DNA of 64,000 nt from positions 1-64,000 of IMG/VR virus record IMGVR_UViG_3300017963_000242, one strand, 5' to 3'. The stretch comes from a virus. Numbering within the stretch: the stretch's first letter is position 1; every line of letters begins with the position of its first letter. The position numbers were made by a program, and so were the translations under genes. Positions 29,680 to 39,629 of the stretch are shown here, piece after piece. The notes under the pieces are model-generated. The model had not been told where the DNA came from and did no database searches. It was given only the letters and a program-made list of their open reading frames with translations.

Positions 29680-30358
29680 GGTTATAGTGCCTCAGACCTT
29701 TCTCTAGCCAGTTCAATGCTGGCGTGATAACGCGCTTGTGCCCCGGTATATCCAGACCTTCATAGCAGTAGTCGTGTAGGTTGAGAAGCTCTGTGACCGG
29801 CTCTTCGAGCAGCTTGTCATAGTCCACCTGATAGACCATACCTGGAAAATTGCCAAGCTGGTACAGAAGCGCCTTGCGCCATTTTTCCATCAGCGCCCGC
29901 GCCTCGTCCTCTGTCATCGGCCAGCGTCCGTGATAGGCTAGTTCGGTGTGTCGCTTGAACGACTTGACGATGTTCTCAAAGTCTCGATGTGCCCAGACGA
30001 CACGCAGTTCGGTGTCTGTTTCCGCGAACAAAGGCCAGATGTGATTGAAGGTAAAGGCCATGCGAGGCCCCTTGACTCCAAATATCGGCGCGCGGCTGCA
30101 TTTGGCTATCAATCGACGATAGGCGTCAAGCTGTGTTGGCGTAGCATCCATCCAGCGGACGGTATACCTTTCGCCTCCGATTTGCTTGTTTATACGCTGC
30201 CACGCAAGCGATTCATAGTAGCCGTTTTCATTTAGGATGTCAGCCACCTGTAGACGTTCACCCATATTGACCCCAAGCCGGTGAAGGCTCCCAGCCAGTG
30301 CTGATGATCCGCTGCGCGGACAACTCAATATAAAAATTGCGCGTGACTTGTTCTTCAT
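29483..30358 (-). CDS. Sulfotransferase-family protein
   Basis: PSB-loop CPRSGSSALAGSL, GYYES, KGPR, VDYDKLL; 3' end overlaps next gene. Confidence 0.75.
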   Translation of the reverse strand: MKNKSRAIFILSCPRSGSSALAGSLHRLGVNMGERLQVADILNENGYYESLAWQRINKQIGGERYTVRWMDATPTQLDAYRRLIAKCSRAPIFGVKGPRMAFTFNHIWPLFAETDTELRVVWAHRDFENIVKSFKRHTELAYHGRWPMTEDEARALMEKWRKALLYQLGNFPGMVYQVDYDKLLEEPVTELLNLHDYCYEGLDIPGHKRVITPALNWLEKGLRHYNHVDHRSDAGPGDGDESAKSGFATGWTRKRPCRGCSGRKQERVDEERESTPAVDATESGPELDGDG

Positions 30359-30936
30359 ACCAAGTACCCTTCCCACTTCTTCGCCATCATCGGGTTTTGA
30401 ATCCCTTCTCGCTCCAATAGTGAAGCGGCTTGATGAAACGCTTGAAACACTGGCGGCATATTCATATCGTCCAGACAGATGACCCGCGCCGACCGAACTG
30501 CCATCACATCACAAAGCACTTCTGCGTGCTTGTGCAATCCATCCACCAACGCAAAGGCCCACTCGCGCCCTTGTAATGCTCGAATCGCTACCGGGCTTTG
30601 CGACTCTACTCTCAACACATCCAGCACGCCGTTCTCTCTCCACTTCTCTGTTCGCGCCTTGAACCTGCTGTACTCGTGCCCTTGACAGTTCTGCGTTCCT
30701 GGCGTCCACGGATCCACGACGAGCACGCGCCTGCCGTACCGCGCTGCAATCTTGCAGAACTCAACCGTTGAATCGCCTTCCATCGCGCCTATTTCTACGA
30801 TGTCTCCCGGTCCCGCCTCCACTGCGGCTTGCGCTGCTTGAATCCACCTGGCGCGGCGCTGTATCCTGTGGTCATCCGTGCCGGTGTCCATTGCCAGTAT
30901 CTCGCGTATGCGGTTGGTCAACTCGGCCTTGTCCAC
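30355..30936 (-). CDS. Class I SAM methyltransferase (Methyltransf_24-like)
   Basis: VEIGAMEGDS, VDPW, VDGLH, LDD. Confidence 0.8.
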   Translation of the reverse strand: MDKAELTNRIREILAMDTGTDDHRIQRRARWIQAAQAAVEAGPGDIVEIGAMEGDSTVEFCKIAARYGRRVLVVDPWTPGTQNCQGHEYSRFKARTEKWRENGVLDVLRVESQSPVAIRALQGREWAFALVDGLHKHAEVLCDVMAVRSARVICLDDMNMPPVFQAFHQAASLLEREGIQNPMMAKKWEGYLV

Positions 30937-31601
30937 CCGTCCCTCTTCTCACATTTCAAATTGATGCGGAACTTTTCCCAGTCGTAGTCGAGTGCTTCCA
31001 GTTCGTCTAGCAAGTCGTCTGTTGTCCGTCCGTGCTCGGCCAGCGTCGGACCGTGTATCTCGATGAACAGGAATGGCACGGTCTGAAACAGTTCAGCGCC
31101 TCCCTCCAAGATGTCTACCTCTGTTCCCTGCGTGTCCACCTTGACTAGCTGGACATCCGGCCTACCTGCTTCGTTCCACCACGTATCAAGCGTCGTGACT
31201 TTGACTGACTCTGTCTGAGACTCCACTTTCTTGTTCAGCGCCTCGTAAAAGTTTGGCCTATCCGCAATGCTGGCCCATCCCGCGATAGACGGGTCAACCG
31301 GGTATTTGAGCACTGCGTCTCCCTGGCTCGAACTCACGGCCAGCCGATGCAACTCAATGTCTACCTGGTTGACTTCTGCCATCTCTACCAGCGCGTCAGC
31401 GACCCGCGTCTGTGGCTCGAATGCCACGCACCGCGCATCCTCTACGCCCAGCAACGTGGCGATACACAGCGCCCCCACGTTTGCGCCCACGTCTACTAGC
31501 AGACCGCTCGGCGTCATCTTGGATACCATCCACTCGACGTTTGGCGGATTCCCAGCCAGCTTGTTCGGGCAGTATCGCAGTGCCTCTTCTATCCAGATCA
31601 T
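30918..31601 (-). CDS. FkbM-family methyltransferase
   Basis: VDVGANVG, AFEP, VTTLD, VKVDTQGTE. Confidence 0.85.
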   Translation of the reverse strand: MIWIEEALRYCPNKLAGNPPNVEWMVSKMTPSGLLVDVGANVGALCIATLLGVEDARCVAFEPQTRVADALVEMAEVNQVDIELHRLAVSSSQGDAVLKYPVDPSIAGWASIADRPNFYEALNKKVESQTESVKVTTLDTWWNEAGRPDVQLVKVDTQGTEVDILEGGAELFQTVPFLFIEIHGPTLAEHGRTTDDLLDELEALDYDWEKFRINLKCEKRDGWTRPS

Positions 31602-32350
31602 GCGCCCTTCTCCACAAGTTGTCCCTTCTCGGTCAGTTTCCAGGTCGCACTATTCAACGTCCCCGGCTTTTCAAATTCCACAAGCGCCTGTTGCCATATC
31701 GCTTGGTTGCGCATGACCTCGCCTTGCGGTTTGTGCTTCGCGTGCTGCTGATGGTATACAACCGTGAACCCTGTCGCGTCGATGATAGGCAGTTTCTCTT
31801 GCTTATCTGCCCAACTCACAATCCAGTTATCCCACGCTGTCCGGCCTACTCCGAACGGTGGAATGTCTCTCAGCCAGTCGCCGCGATAGCAAAACACGTC
31901 GATGCCTGAACGGGTATAGTCTGTAAATGGCAGGTCTTTTATCATGCCGTGCCAATCTTCAGAGAAGTCCAGTTCGTCGTCTACCTGGATATTCCGCCTA
32001 CGTGTGATGAGCAGAAAGTTGCTGAACCTATCTTCCACTGCCTGTACTGCTGTAGCGAACTGCGGTTCTAGGACGATGTCTGCGTTAATCAAGCAACGTG
32101 TGTCTCTTGACCTTGCCAGCTTGTGCGCACTGTCTATCACGTCTGGCAGCAATGGCGCTCCCTTTTCTGTTCGCCTCATTGGCATAAGCTGGATACCGTT
32201 CGCCTCAGCCTCTTCTGCTGCCCCAGGTTCGTCTTGTCCGAACCATACAATCTGAGCTTGTGGAAAGACCGTCTGCCATGACCGTACAGCGTTACGCTGG
32301 ATGTGCTCGAACTCTCCCGCAAACCCTTTGACGATGCTGTAAATCAGCAT
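31598..32350 (-). CDS. GT-A fold glycosyltransferase-like protein
   Basis: QRNAVRSW, LINADIVL, GRTAWDNW, HQQH. Confidence 0.65.
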   Translation of the reverse strand: MLIYSIVKGFAGEFEHIQRNAVRSWQTVFPQAQIVWFGQDEPGAAEEAEANGIQLMPMRRTEKGAPLLPDVIDSAHKLARSRDTRCLINADIVLEPQFATAVQAVEDRFSNFLLITRRRNIQVDDELDFSEDWHGMIKDLPFTDYTRSGIDVFCYRGDWLRDIPPFGVGRTAWDNWIVSWADKQEKLPIIDATGFTVVYHQQHAKHKPQGEVMRNQAIWQQALVEFEKPGTLNSATWKLTEKGQLVEKGA

Positions 32351-33474
32351 AGCTCTGGCCCCTTGCCAAAGCGATTGAACCTATCTCCGTATATGCCCCA
32401 CCAATCCCAGATAGTTTTCCCGGTTGTGTCCATGTACAATATCGCATCCATCCCCTCGAATGGCATTGCCAGAACGACGCTGTCACACTGCTCTATCAGT
32501 TCCTCGAATGTCTCACACGTGCTATACAGATTCGGGTCGTATGTCTCGGCATTCAGCAGTTCGGCCAATCTGGCCCCTGGCGATTCTGTGCCATCGACGA
32601 CGCCCGGTTTGAACGATAATCCAGCTACGCCAAACCTTTGATACTGGCACAAGTCTGCCTCTCTGACCAATTGCGCCATGTGTATCATCTGTGACCGATT
32701 CCAGCACGCCACGCTCTCGGTCATCACCGGAGCGACATTTGCTTGCTGCAATGCATTGCTGAAAGCCAAGTCGTCTCTCGGAAAACACGGTCCCCCGTAT
32801 GGCGGTCCGGCCTTGAAATATCTTGGACCGATGCGCGAATCTTGACCGATGGCGTTCAGCACATCTTCGGCGTCTGCTCCATCTGTACGCTGGCACAACC
32901 AGGCTATCTCATTTGCCTTTGCCAGCTTTGAGGTAATGGCTGTGTTCAATCCAATTTTGGCAATCTCGGCGCTTGGAATGCTCATAAACGTTGGCTTTGT
33001 CCAGCACGCCCACCTGTAAAAACTTTCTAGGTGGCTGCGCTCCAACTCTGTTGCGCACCCTGCTACAATAAACTCTGGATGTGCAAAGTCCTCTTGCACG
33101 TTGCCCTGGCGCACAAACTCCGGTACGTAGGCAAAGCCGAAATCCGCATGCGCGTACATTCCGCTCTGTTCCAATGCTGCCCGGATAGGCCCTTCCGTGT
33201 CGCCCGGATTGACCGTGCTGGATATGATGACCATCCTCCAACAAGACAGGTCTATCTCTGAGCAAGCCGCGACCACGTTCGCTATATCATAGCTGCCATC
33301 TGGCAGGCTCGGCGTATTCACGATGACGATCACTATGTCCGCGTCTTTGGTTGTCTCTGCCGTCGATTTGCATTCTGGCGCGACATCTGCAATGCGCACA
33401 GGATAAGAACGCCCGATGTGCTGCGCCATCACACTGCCTAACTTGCCCATCCCGCCTACCACTGTCACGTTCAC
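32344..33474 (-). CDS. UDP-glucose/GDP-mannose dehydrogenase family protein
   Basis: GGMGKLG, VNTP, SSTVNPG, PEF, AEIAK, GGPCFPRD, GLSFKP; GTG start at 33474 probable. Confidence 0.85.
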   Translation of the reverse strand: MNVTVVGGMGKLGSVMAQHIGRSYPVRIADVAPECKSTAETTKDADIVIVIVNTPSLPDGSYDIANVVAACSEIDLSCWRMVIISSTVNPGDTEGPIRAALEQSGMYAHADFGFAYVPEFVRQGNVQEDFAHPEFIVAGCATELERSHLESFYRWACWTKPTFMSIPSAEIAKIGLNTAITSKLAKANEIAWLCQRTDGADAEDVLNAIGQDSRIGPRYFKAGPPYGGPCFPRDDLAFSNALQQANVAPVMTESVACWNRSQMIHMAQLVREADLCQYQRFGVAGLSFKPGVVDGTESPGARLAELLNAETYDPNLYSTCETFEELIEQCDSVVLAMPFEGMDAILYMDTTGKTIWDWWGIYGDRFNRFGKGPELC

Positions 33475-34256
33475 AAAGAGTACCTTTCTGGATAGTTCTT
33501 GATATATGGTCGCGTTTCGACTCTTGCCCAACCATCCATCACGCTTCCGATGTCTATGGCAATTCCGCCCTGTTGTTTTATCACATCACAGTAGACCTTA
33601 CCATTTGGACCAGCGCCTACAAAGAATAAATCGCCTAGATTTACATCTCGTTCTAGTTCCTCAATCAATTCATTATGTCGCTGAGGATAATGCTGCGCTA
33701 TAGGCTTTACATACTTTGCCTCACTTGGGACTGGATACCAGCGAACGTCTTTGACGCCTATAGCGCATAAGGTTTGCCTTACGTCAAAACATCCGATAAC
33801 TGATATTGCATCCTGTTCAGAGATTAGATTTCTCCACCAACCTTGACGCTGTATTTCTCTTGTTACTGTGCAATGCGCAATTTCATGTTTGATAAGGTCT
33901 AGCTTGCCTATGAGTTGCGAGACAAGCACCCGATGCATCTTGTTCTTTGCCTTTTTCTTTGGCAATCCCAAGATATTCGCGTTTTGGGCTGCGGTGACAA
34001 CCTGTGCTTTTAATGGCAACATGACCTTGCCGTCAAGGGGTCTATATTTTCCGTACCATATCAATAATGAATGCTGCAATTCGTTGACATCATGAAAATC
34101 TGGATAGCCCAGTAGCCGCGCCTCTCCATCACCTAGACGAATGAGTGAGAATGGTCTGCGCTCTGTGACGTGTTCACAAATTATATCCATCACGTCTTTC
34201 GCGGTTAGCATCCATTTGTCTTTTATTTTTCTGGTCGCGTCGTTAGTCTGCGCCAA
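33471..34256 (-). CDS. GT-D fold glycosyltransferase-like protein
   Basis: PFSLIRLGDGE, VGAGPNGK, AIDIGS. Confidence 0.7.
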   Translation of the reverse strand: MAQTNDATRKIKDKWMLTAKDVMDIICEHVTERRPFSLIRLGDGEARLLGYPDFHDVNELQHSLLIWYGKYRPLDGKVMLPLKAQVVTAAQNANILGLPKKKAKNKMHRVLVSQLIGKLDLIKHEIAHCTVTREIQRQGWWRNLISEQDAISVIGCFDVRQTLCAIGVKDVRWYPVPSEAKYVKPIAQHYPQRHNELIEELERDVNLGDLFFVGAGPNGKVYCDVIKQQGGIAIDIGSVMDGWARVETRPYIKNYPERYSL

Positions 34257-34932
34257 CCCTTCCCTCTCGCTCGTACACTGTCAGTTCGTGATTATCTATC
34301 GTATACCCGTATCGCTTCATCTCTCCTGTCAAATCACCTAGCAATCGCTCTGGAAGCTGTGTTAGCTCGAATCCTTTTGGTGATGCGAAACATCTCGTAT
34401 TGCACGTCCTGTCATTGTAGATCGCCCGCTCCTTGTAAGCGATGTCCAGTTTTTCCAACAGTGATTTAGCATCGTCCTCAATCCTGTGCGTTGCGTCAGC
34501 GTGAGGCACAATGCGCCTATTCCATTCAATCCAGAAATAGGCCGCACGCGCTGGACCTGTCTTGAGATCAAATAGCTCTGGTATAGTCTGTCGTACCACC
34601 TTCTGCCATTTGCGGTATCGCCCGGTATTTGTCAAAAGCTGCGTTCGTAACAATGACCTAATGACATTGCGCGGATGCCGAACGACATGCACCACAATTA
34701 TTTGTCTTAGCCATTCACTGCCTAGATATGGTACTGCTAACCACGAACACTCGGCCTGATAACCCTTTCTGGTCCATTCATCGTGCCTTGTGATTTGCTC
34801 GTCTGGATTTTCTATGCTTTCTGGTCTAAATATCTTCTCGTGTGTACATAGAATATCCACCGAATTCATGACACGCGCCATATAACCTGTTCCACAACGT
34901 CCTGTGCCCGTGAATAACCATTTCATCACCAC
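34243..34932 (-). CDS. Sulfotransferase-like P-loop protein
   Basis: TGTGRCGTGY, THEKIF, HVVRHP...S. Confidence 0.65.
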   Translation of the reverse strand: MVMKWLFTGTGRCGTGYMARVMNSVDILCTHEKIFRPESIENPDEQITRHDEWTRKGYQAECSWLAVPYLGSEWLRQIIVVHVVRHPRNVIRSLLRTQLLTNTGRYRKWQKVVRQTIPELFDLKTGPARAAYFWIEWNRRIVPHADATHRIEDDAKSLLEKLDIAYKERAIYNDRTCNTRCFASPKGFELTQLPERLLGDLTGEMKRYGYTIDNHELTVYEREGRVGAD

Positions 34933-35588
34933 GAGTAGCCGTATCGTTCTGCTATTCGCTCTATGCTTGCTCTGATGTCCAGGTCCATGACCTTTTTCGG
35001 ATTGAACTGGTACTGCGGTTTCTTTTCTCTGTCCGGCCTATGCCGGTTGATTCCGCGTTTCTGGTATACCGGCTCGCTCGCTTTGATGCTCAGTCTCAGT
35101 CCGCGCTCTTGCAACAGCGCAAGCAGGTCCAGAGGGTCAGCATCGTCTACCTTCCACGTGATGTGATTGCTTGCCGCTAGTTTTAGCTCTATCATCTGAT
35201 TCCAGAATACATAGCGGTATGCGAGCCCATCCCATCGCTTGCCGTATTCCAGCAGCCTCGGACACCACGCCGCCGCGAATAGCCAGTACCGCCCTGCCCC
35301 TGTCGGAACCCTGCTCATAGTCGAGATGACCTTTGCCGGATGGCGAATCAGGTGAACGATAACCGCATCTCGCAACTCTGGTCTGTCCAGATAGGGCGCT
35401 GCAAGCCAGCTTGACTCAGCCGGGCGGCACTTGTCATCGTTTAGGTTCTCTAGCGCCTTGGTGTAGCCAAATGGACCGAACACCTTTTCGTGCCCGCACT
35501 GCAAGCCAGCCTGTGAGACATATTGCGCATAGGCTCCCGTTGCACACGCACCTGTACCTGTGAATAGTAGTTTAAGCTTTTGTGTCAT
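34926..35588 (-). CDS. Sulfotransferase-like P-loop protein (paralog)
   Basis: TGTGACATGAY, GHEKVF, SSWLA, HLIRHP...S. Confidence 0.6.
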   Translation of the reverse strand: MTQKLKLLFTGTGACATGAYAQYVSQAGLQCGHEKVFGPFGYTKALENLNDDKCRPAESSWLAAPYLDRPELRDAVIVHLIRHPAKVISTMSRVPTGAGRYWLFAAAWCPRLLEYGKRWDGLAYRYVFWNQMIELKLAASNHITWKVDDADPLDLLALLQERGLRLSIKASEPVYQKRGINRHRPDREKKPQYQFNPKKVMDLDIRASIERIAERYGYSW

Positions 35589-36334
35589 CTGCCTGCCAAC
35601 TCCACGCGAATGTAAGACCTCGACGGTACACCTGCCAGCAAGTCGAAAATCGAACCGATGTCCAGAGCCACCGCGCCGTCTCGCTTGGCTGCATTGCAGT
35701 AGCACTTTCCATTTGGCCCAGCACCGACTAACACCACGTCACCCGGTCCTACGTCCAGTTCTCGCAATATTCGGCTATGCGCGTTTGGATAGTGCTGCTC
35801 GCTTGGCTGGCCCATCTGCGCCTCTTGAGGTACTCTGATCCAGCGCACCTCTTCTATGAGCAAGTCGTTCTTGAATATGTCTCGCACGTCCCGGCACGTG
35901 ATGAGCGTTACCGATGACAATGCGCGTAGCAGGCTATACAGCAAGCCTTCCGAGTAGAGCCACCTGTGAACGCCACAATGGCAAGTATCGCCCCGCGCCA
36001 GCCCTTCCACCATCGCTAGATGATGCATCAGCTTGTAGAATTTGTTCCGGCTTTGCTGCTCGGTGCTTGGCAGTCCCAGCACATCAGCCCCCTGGCAAGC
36101 CGTGATTAGCTCGGCGCGTAACCGGCTGATACCATCCCTGTCCGGCTTCATTGTTCCGTACCAGTATTTGAGCGACTGGTTCAGGTCTGGAAACGAGATA
36201 TACGATGGATAGCCTATCAGCCGCGCCTCTCCATCGCCCAATCGAATGAGCGAAAATGGTTGACGTTCCTCTATTGCCTGTGCAATCTTGGCGTATACGC
36301 CTTGTGTATCGAGATGCGTCATCGCTGTATCCAT
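35585..36334 (-). CDS. GT-D fold glycosyltransferase-like protein (paralog)
   Basis: PFSLIRLGDGE, VGAGPNGK, ALDIGS. Confidence 0.7.
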   Translation of the reverse strand: MDTAMTHLDTQGVYAKIAQAIEERQPFSLIRLGDGEARLIGYPSYISFPDLNQSLKYWYGTMKPDRDGISRLRAELITACQGADVLGLPSTEQQSRNKFYKLMHHLAMVEGLARGDTCHCGVHRWLYSEGLLYSLLRALSSVTLITCRDVRDIFKNDLLIEEVRWIRVPQEAQMGQPSEQHYPNAHSRILRELDVGPGDVVLVGAGPNGKCYCNAAKRDGAVALDIGSIFDLLAGVPSRSYIRVELAGR

Positions 36335-36367
36335 TTGGGATAATTTGGGATAATGTACGGCTGTACG
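36333..36367. repeat. 35-bp dispersed inverted repeat, copy A
   Basis: Reverse complement matches 48200-48234 with 2 mismatches. Confidence 0.85.
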
Positions 36368-36371
36368 CGCA

Positions 36372-36620
36372 TCACTCGCGCACCTCTACCGAGCACGTCC
36401 CGGTTGCGATTGCCAGTAGCTCGACAACCTCAAACGCACTGACCAACGACCGATCTCCACCGAACGCGGCCCACGCCTTGCCGTCATCTGTCCACAGCGA
36501 CAACTCGCCGTTTTTAGTGCTCTCTGGCTTGCCTGTGTAGACACGAATTGGCACGCAGTCCGGCAACTGTGCGATGTGTCCGCAAAGTCGCTTGACCAAC
36601 TGACCGTATTGCTTTGTCAC
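36372..36620 (-). CDS. Hypothetical protein
   Basis: Coupled ORF in operon. Confidence 0.45.
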   Translation of the reverse strand: MTKQYGQLVKRLCGHIAQLPDCVPIRVYTGKPESTKNGELSLWTDDGKAWAAFGGDRSLVSAFEVVELLAIATGTCSVEVRE

Positions 36621-37420
36621 GGTTTCAGCGTCCTTTCCACTTCGCTCCAGAACATCTCTACCCCGCGCCCAATGTCATCGGGTCTTTTCTCTATCCATTC
36701 CAGCGCGCCTATCCATCCGTCTACCATCAGTTCGCAGCCTGCCGCCCACGCCTCCACAACCGTTCTGCCAAACGGCTCCTTGTGTGTCGGATAGAAGATA
36801 AACTGCTTGGCTGCCCCATAGATGCTTGGCAAAACGTTGTATGGCACTGGTCCGTGGTATCTGGCAAGCCCGCCTAACTCTGCAAAATTGATGTAGCGAA
36901 TGCTTATGTCGCCATAGATGTCAACCGGCTCTTGCTCGCGCCACGCCCAGTCCAGTACCGTGTGCAGCCCCTTGCCCGGATCGGCACGTCCAACCCAGAT
37001 CGTGCCCTGGCGCTCCTCGTCCGGCAGTGCTGCGTCTCGGAACATATCCAAATTGACCGGCGGCGGCACGACTGCGTATTCGTTGTCGTACCAGTGCTCA
37101 TAGTTGTCTGCCTGTAGCTGAGACGAGAACAAGAGCAGTTTTGCATGGTCCAGCAGCCAGCGCCGCAAGACGATGCTACCCGACCACCACGAGTCACGGT
37201 TTTGCTTGATGACCGGAACCTTTTCCAGAACCTCTATCCACTGCGATGGATAGGCCGTGCAGTGCTGGATGATGAAAGCCTCGATGTCCTCCGGCGGGCG
37301 CTTGTTGGGTGGACACAATACGATGTCTGCCCACTCTGGCGCGCCCGCGCGTAGCGTTCGCTCTGATAGTTCTGCTCCGCCTACTATGCCCAAATCGTCG
37401 TGAAGCCAGCCGATTTTCAT
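36617..37420 (-). CDS. GT4-like (GT-B) glycosyltransferase
   Basis: GGAE, VGR...KG, EPFGRTVVEAWAAGC. Confidence 0.8.
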   Translation of the reverse strand: MKIGWLHDDLGIVGGAELSERTLRAGAPEWADIVLCPPNKRPPEDIEAFIIQHCTAYPSQWIEVLEKVPVIKQNRDSWWSGSIVLRRWLLDHAKLLLFSSQLQADNYEHWYDNEYAVVPPPVNLDMFRDAALPDEERQGTIWVGRADPGKGLHTVLDWAWREQEPVDIYGDISIRYINFAELGGLARYHGPVPYNVLPSIYGAAKQFIFYPTHKEPFGRTVVEAWAAGCELMVDGWIGALEWIEKRPDDIGRGVEMFWSEVERTLKP

Positions 37421-37433
37421 TCTGTGAGCCTTT

Positions 37434-37964
37434 CTAGTATTGCCCCGGCTTGGTCCAGCCTAACTGAATTTCTATCCAGTCTCTCGTAATACCATCTAGT
37501 TGTATCTGGTCGCGGTTTTTCACATACCATCCTACTGTATCTTGGTTTCCGTATGCACGTCCAGCGCCGCGCCAGTCTGCCAGCATTTCCTTGCGATACC
37601 GATCTGGCATCGGAAGCGGAACAATTTTATCACTACCCCTCGCGCTGTCCATCGTCAGTAACTATCGCTGCCAATGATGTTTGTTTCTGTGCTGGTGATT
37701 TAGCCAAGCACGGTTAAATGCCTCTACAACGTATTTCGGTTTGTACTCGTCATCTCTCGGATATGGACCGTAAAAATAATATGCGTATGGTCCGAACTCA
37801 CTCGGCAGAAACTTGCTCAAATCGTGAACGATCCCCCGCCACGGAATTCCTAGCTTGCAGCATTCCAAGAATACAAACCACTTGTGCCGCAAAACTGCCC
37901 AAAGGTATTTAGCATACATATTGACATACATATTGACATTCCCTTCTTTCCATCGAATCACCAC
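37434..37964 (-). pseudogene. DUF5662-like HD-type protein interrupted by an in-frame TAG
   Basis: HKWFV, HDLSKF, HQHRNKHHWQR*LLTM...EMLADW in one frame; TAG at 37662-37664. Confidence 0.65.
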
Positions 37965-39121
37965 ATTTCACTAGAAACGCGGTCAAGTAGCGGCAGCCAT
38001 TTCCTCTCAAACAAGTCCGGCCAGTGATATTTTCTCCGTACCTTGTGGACTGCTTGCACCGTCGCTCTTTCGTCCGGTAGAGCATTATAGGCTGTAGCCA
38101 GTGCTTCCGAGATGAGCGGTACGGATGCCAGCGACCAGTAGTAGTCGAGTTGTGGAACATAGAACGATTGCAGCGGCTTGATACACTGGCCTAGCAAGGT
38201 GTTCTCTGTCATCGCTGTACAGTCCTGCGTGATGACCGGCGTCCCGCACGCTTGCGCTTCTATCAGTGGCAGTCCAAAGCCCTCTCCCATCGACGGAGCC
38301 AAGAGCACGTCAAACGCTCGATACAGGTTAGCCATCTGGTCCTCTTGGACACCGATAGCAATGTCTGCCTCAGCCGTGATTTGTACCACGCCTCTTGACA
38401 GTCCTAACCGCTCTTGCAACCGATAGATATTCACGCCTTCGTGCGTCCCGTATGGCACTGTAGTCGTGTGGAGATGTAGAATCGTATTGCGCGGAAACCG
38501 CCTATGAAAGTTCGCAAACCCGGCTAGTAGTTCAGGCCAGCTTTTGCGACACGGCCAGCCTTTGTTTGCTGCCACGACGCCGACAATGAACGCATCCGGT
38601 GGAAAGCCTAGCTGCTTACGCGCCTCTTCTCTGTCGCCCGGATGATACACGTCACAGTCAATGCCTAGCTGAATGCACTCGGACGGTATGCCGACCTTGC
38701 CTAGCTCGGCTTGTCCGAACTGCGACATCGCAACTACCCAGTCGGCCTTTTTAGTCGATGCCTGTACCCGCTCTGGGACCGGCACGCCGTCAATTGGAAC
38801 CCATGCCAGCCACGGCACGCCTATGTCGTCGCGTGTCGATTCAGGCAGTGGGAACATGTCGTAAAGCGATAGGATCAAGTCTGCCTTAAAGTGCTTTGCG
38901 TACTCTCCTATTAGCTTCATATTGAATGGGTTGCCGCGCATTGGATAGATGTCGATGCCTTGCCAGTTTATCGCTTGGCCTGATAGACCGGAGTTGGCGA
39001 ACACGGCGACTTCATAGCCCGCCTCTTTGAGCAGCGGTATAAGCGCACGTATTTGAGTGCCGTACCCCGTCTGTTCGTGTACAGAGTTGGAGAATATACC
39101 TATTCGTTTCAGCTTACCCAT
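37958..39121 (-). CDS. GT4-family glycosyltransferase
   Basis: TGYG, RKSWP, EGFGLPLIEAQACGTP. Confidence 0.9.
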   Translation of the reverse strand: MGKLKRIGIFSNSVHEQTGYGTQIRALIPLLKEAGYEVAVFANSGLSGQAINWQGIDIYPMRGNPFNMKLIGEYAKHFKADLILSLYDMFPLPESTRDDIGVPWLAWVPIDGVPVPERVQASTKKADWVVAMSQFGQAELGKVGIPSECIQLGIDCDVYHPGDREEARKQLGFPPDAFIVGVVAANKGWPCRKSWPELLAGFANFHRRFPRNTILHLHTTTVPYGTHEGVNIYRLQERLGLSRGVVQITAEADIAIGVQEDQMANLYRAFDVLLAPSMGEGFGLPLIEAQACGTPVITQDCTAMTENTLLGQCIKPLQSFYVPQLDYYWSLASVPLISEALATAYNALPDERATVQAVHKVRRKYHWPDLFERKWLPLLDRVSSEMW

Positions 39122-39139
39122 CGGTAGCCCTTTCTATAC

Positions 39140-39153
39140 AATTGTTAAAGAAC
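39140..39153 (-). promoter_or_regulatory. boxA-like site upstream of glycosylation cluster
   Basis: Minus strand GTTCTTTAACAATT. Confidence 0.5.
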
Positions 39154-39196
39154 CCGGTTCTCTGTCGGCTCACTGGCCGCCCTTTCTGGTCTTTTA

Positions 39197-39604
39197 TTAG
39201 ACCTTCGTCAGACTCCCTGATGTCGTATATGTCCACTGAGTTGGAAGCGGATCGCCTGTAGAATTAGGCCATAACTCCCAAGGCTCTGGGCCTCTGTTTT
39301 TCTGACAGTCACAGTAATGAATATCTGGCGACCATATTCGCTTGCACAATGGACACTGCCAGCCTTGTCGTTGCGTTGGTTCTCCGAAGGTGCTCACAAG
39401 AGCTACTTTATCCGTGCTATCTTCTACCACAGTTTCCATTCGCATTCTCTTTCTATGCCCGCAAGTCCGGCTGTATGCCGATACGCACGCTCGCCCTCCC
39501 AACAAACCATTTTCCCGAAGCGACGCCTGCACTTTGATAGACGGCGCTTCCACCACCGCCCGACGCCCTCCCGTTCCCATTTCTGGCTGAACGAAACATA
39601 CCAC
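39197..39604 (-). CDS. Small zinc-ribbon protein (true start probably near 39450)
   Basis: GWQCPLCKRIWSP....CDC. Confidence 0.5.
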   Translation of the reverse strand: MVCFVQPEMGTGGRRAVVEAPSIKVQASLRENGLLGGRACVSAYSRTCGHRKRMRMETVVEDSTDKVALVSTFGEPTQRQGWQCPLCKRIWSPDIHYCDCQKNRGPEPWELWPNSTGDPLPTQWTYTTSGSLTKV

Positions 39605-39629
39605 GCAGTTGAATGGTCTGTCCTGCTCA

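Noticed and set aside
37662-37664. Genome-wide TAG recoding
   Set aside because: Many clear genes end properly at TAG with tightly coupled neighbours (e.g. 3011, 3273, 5051)
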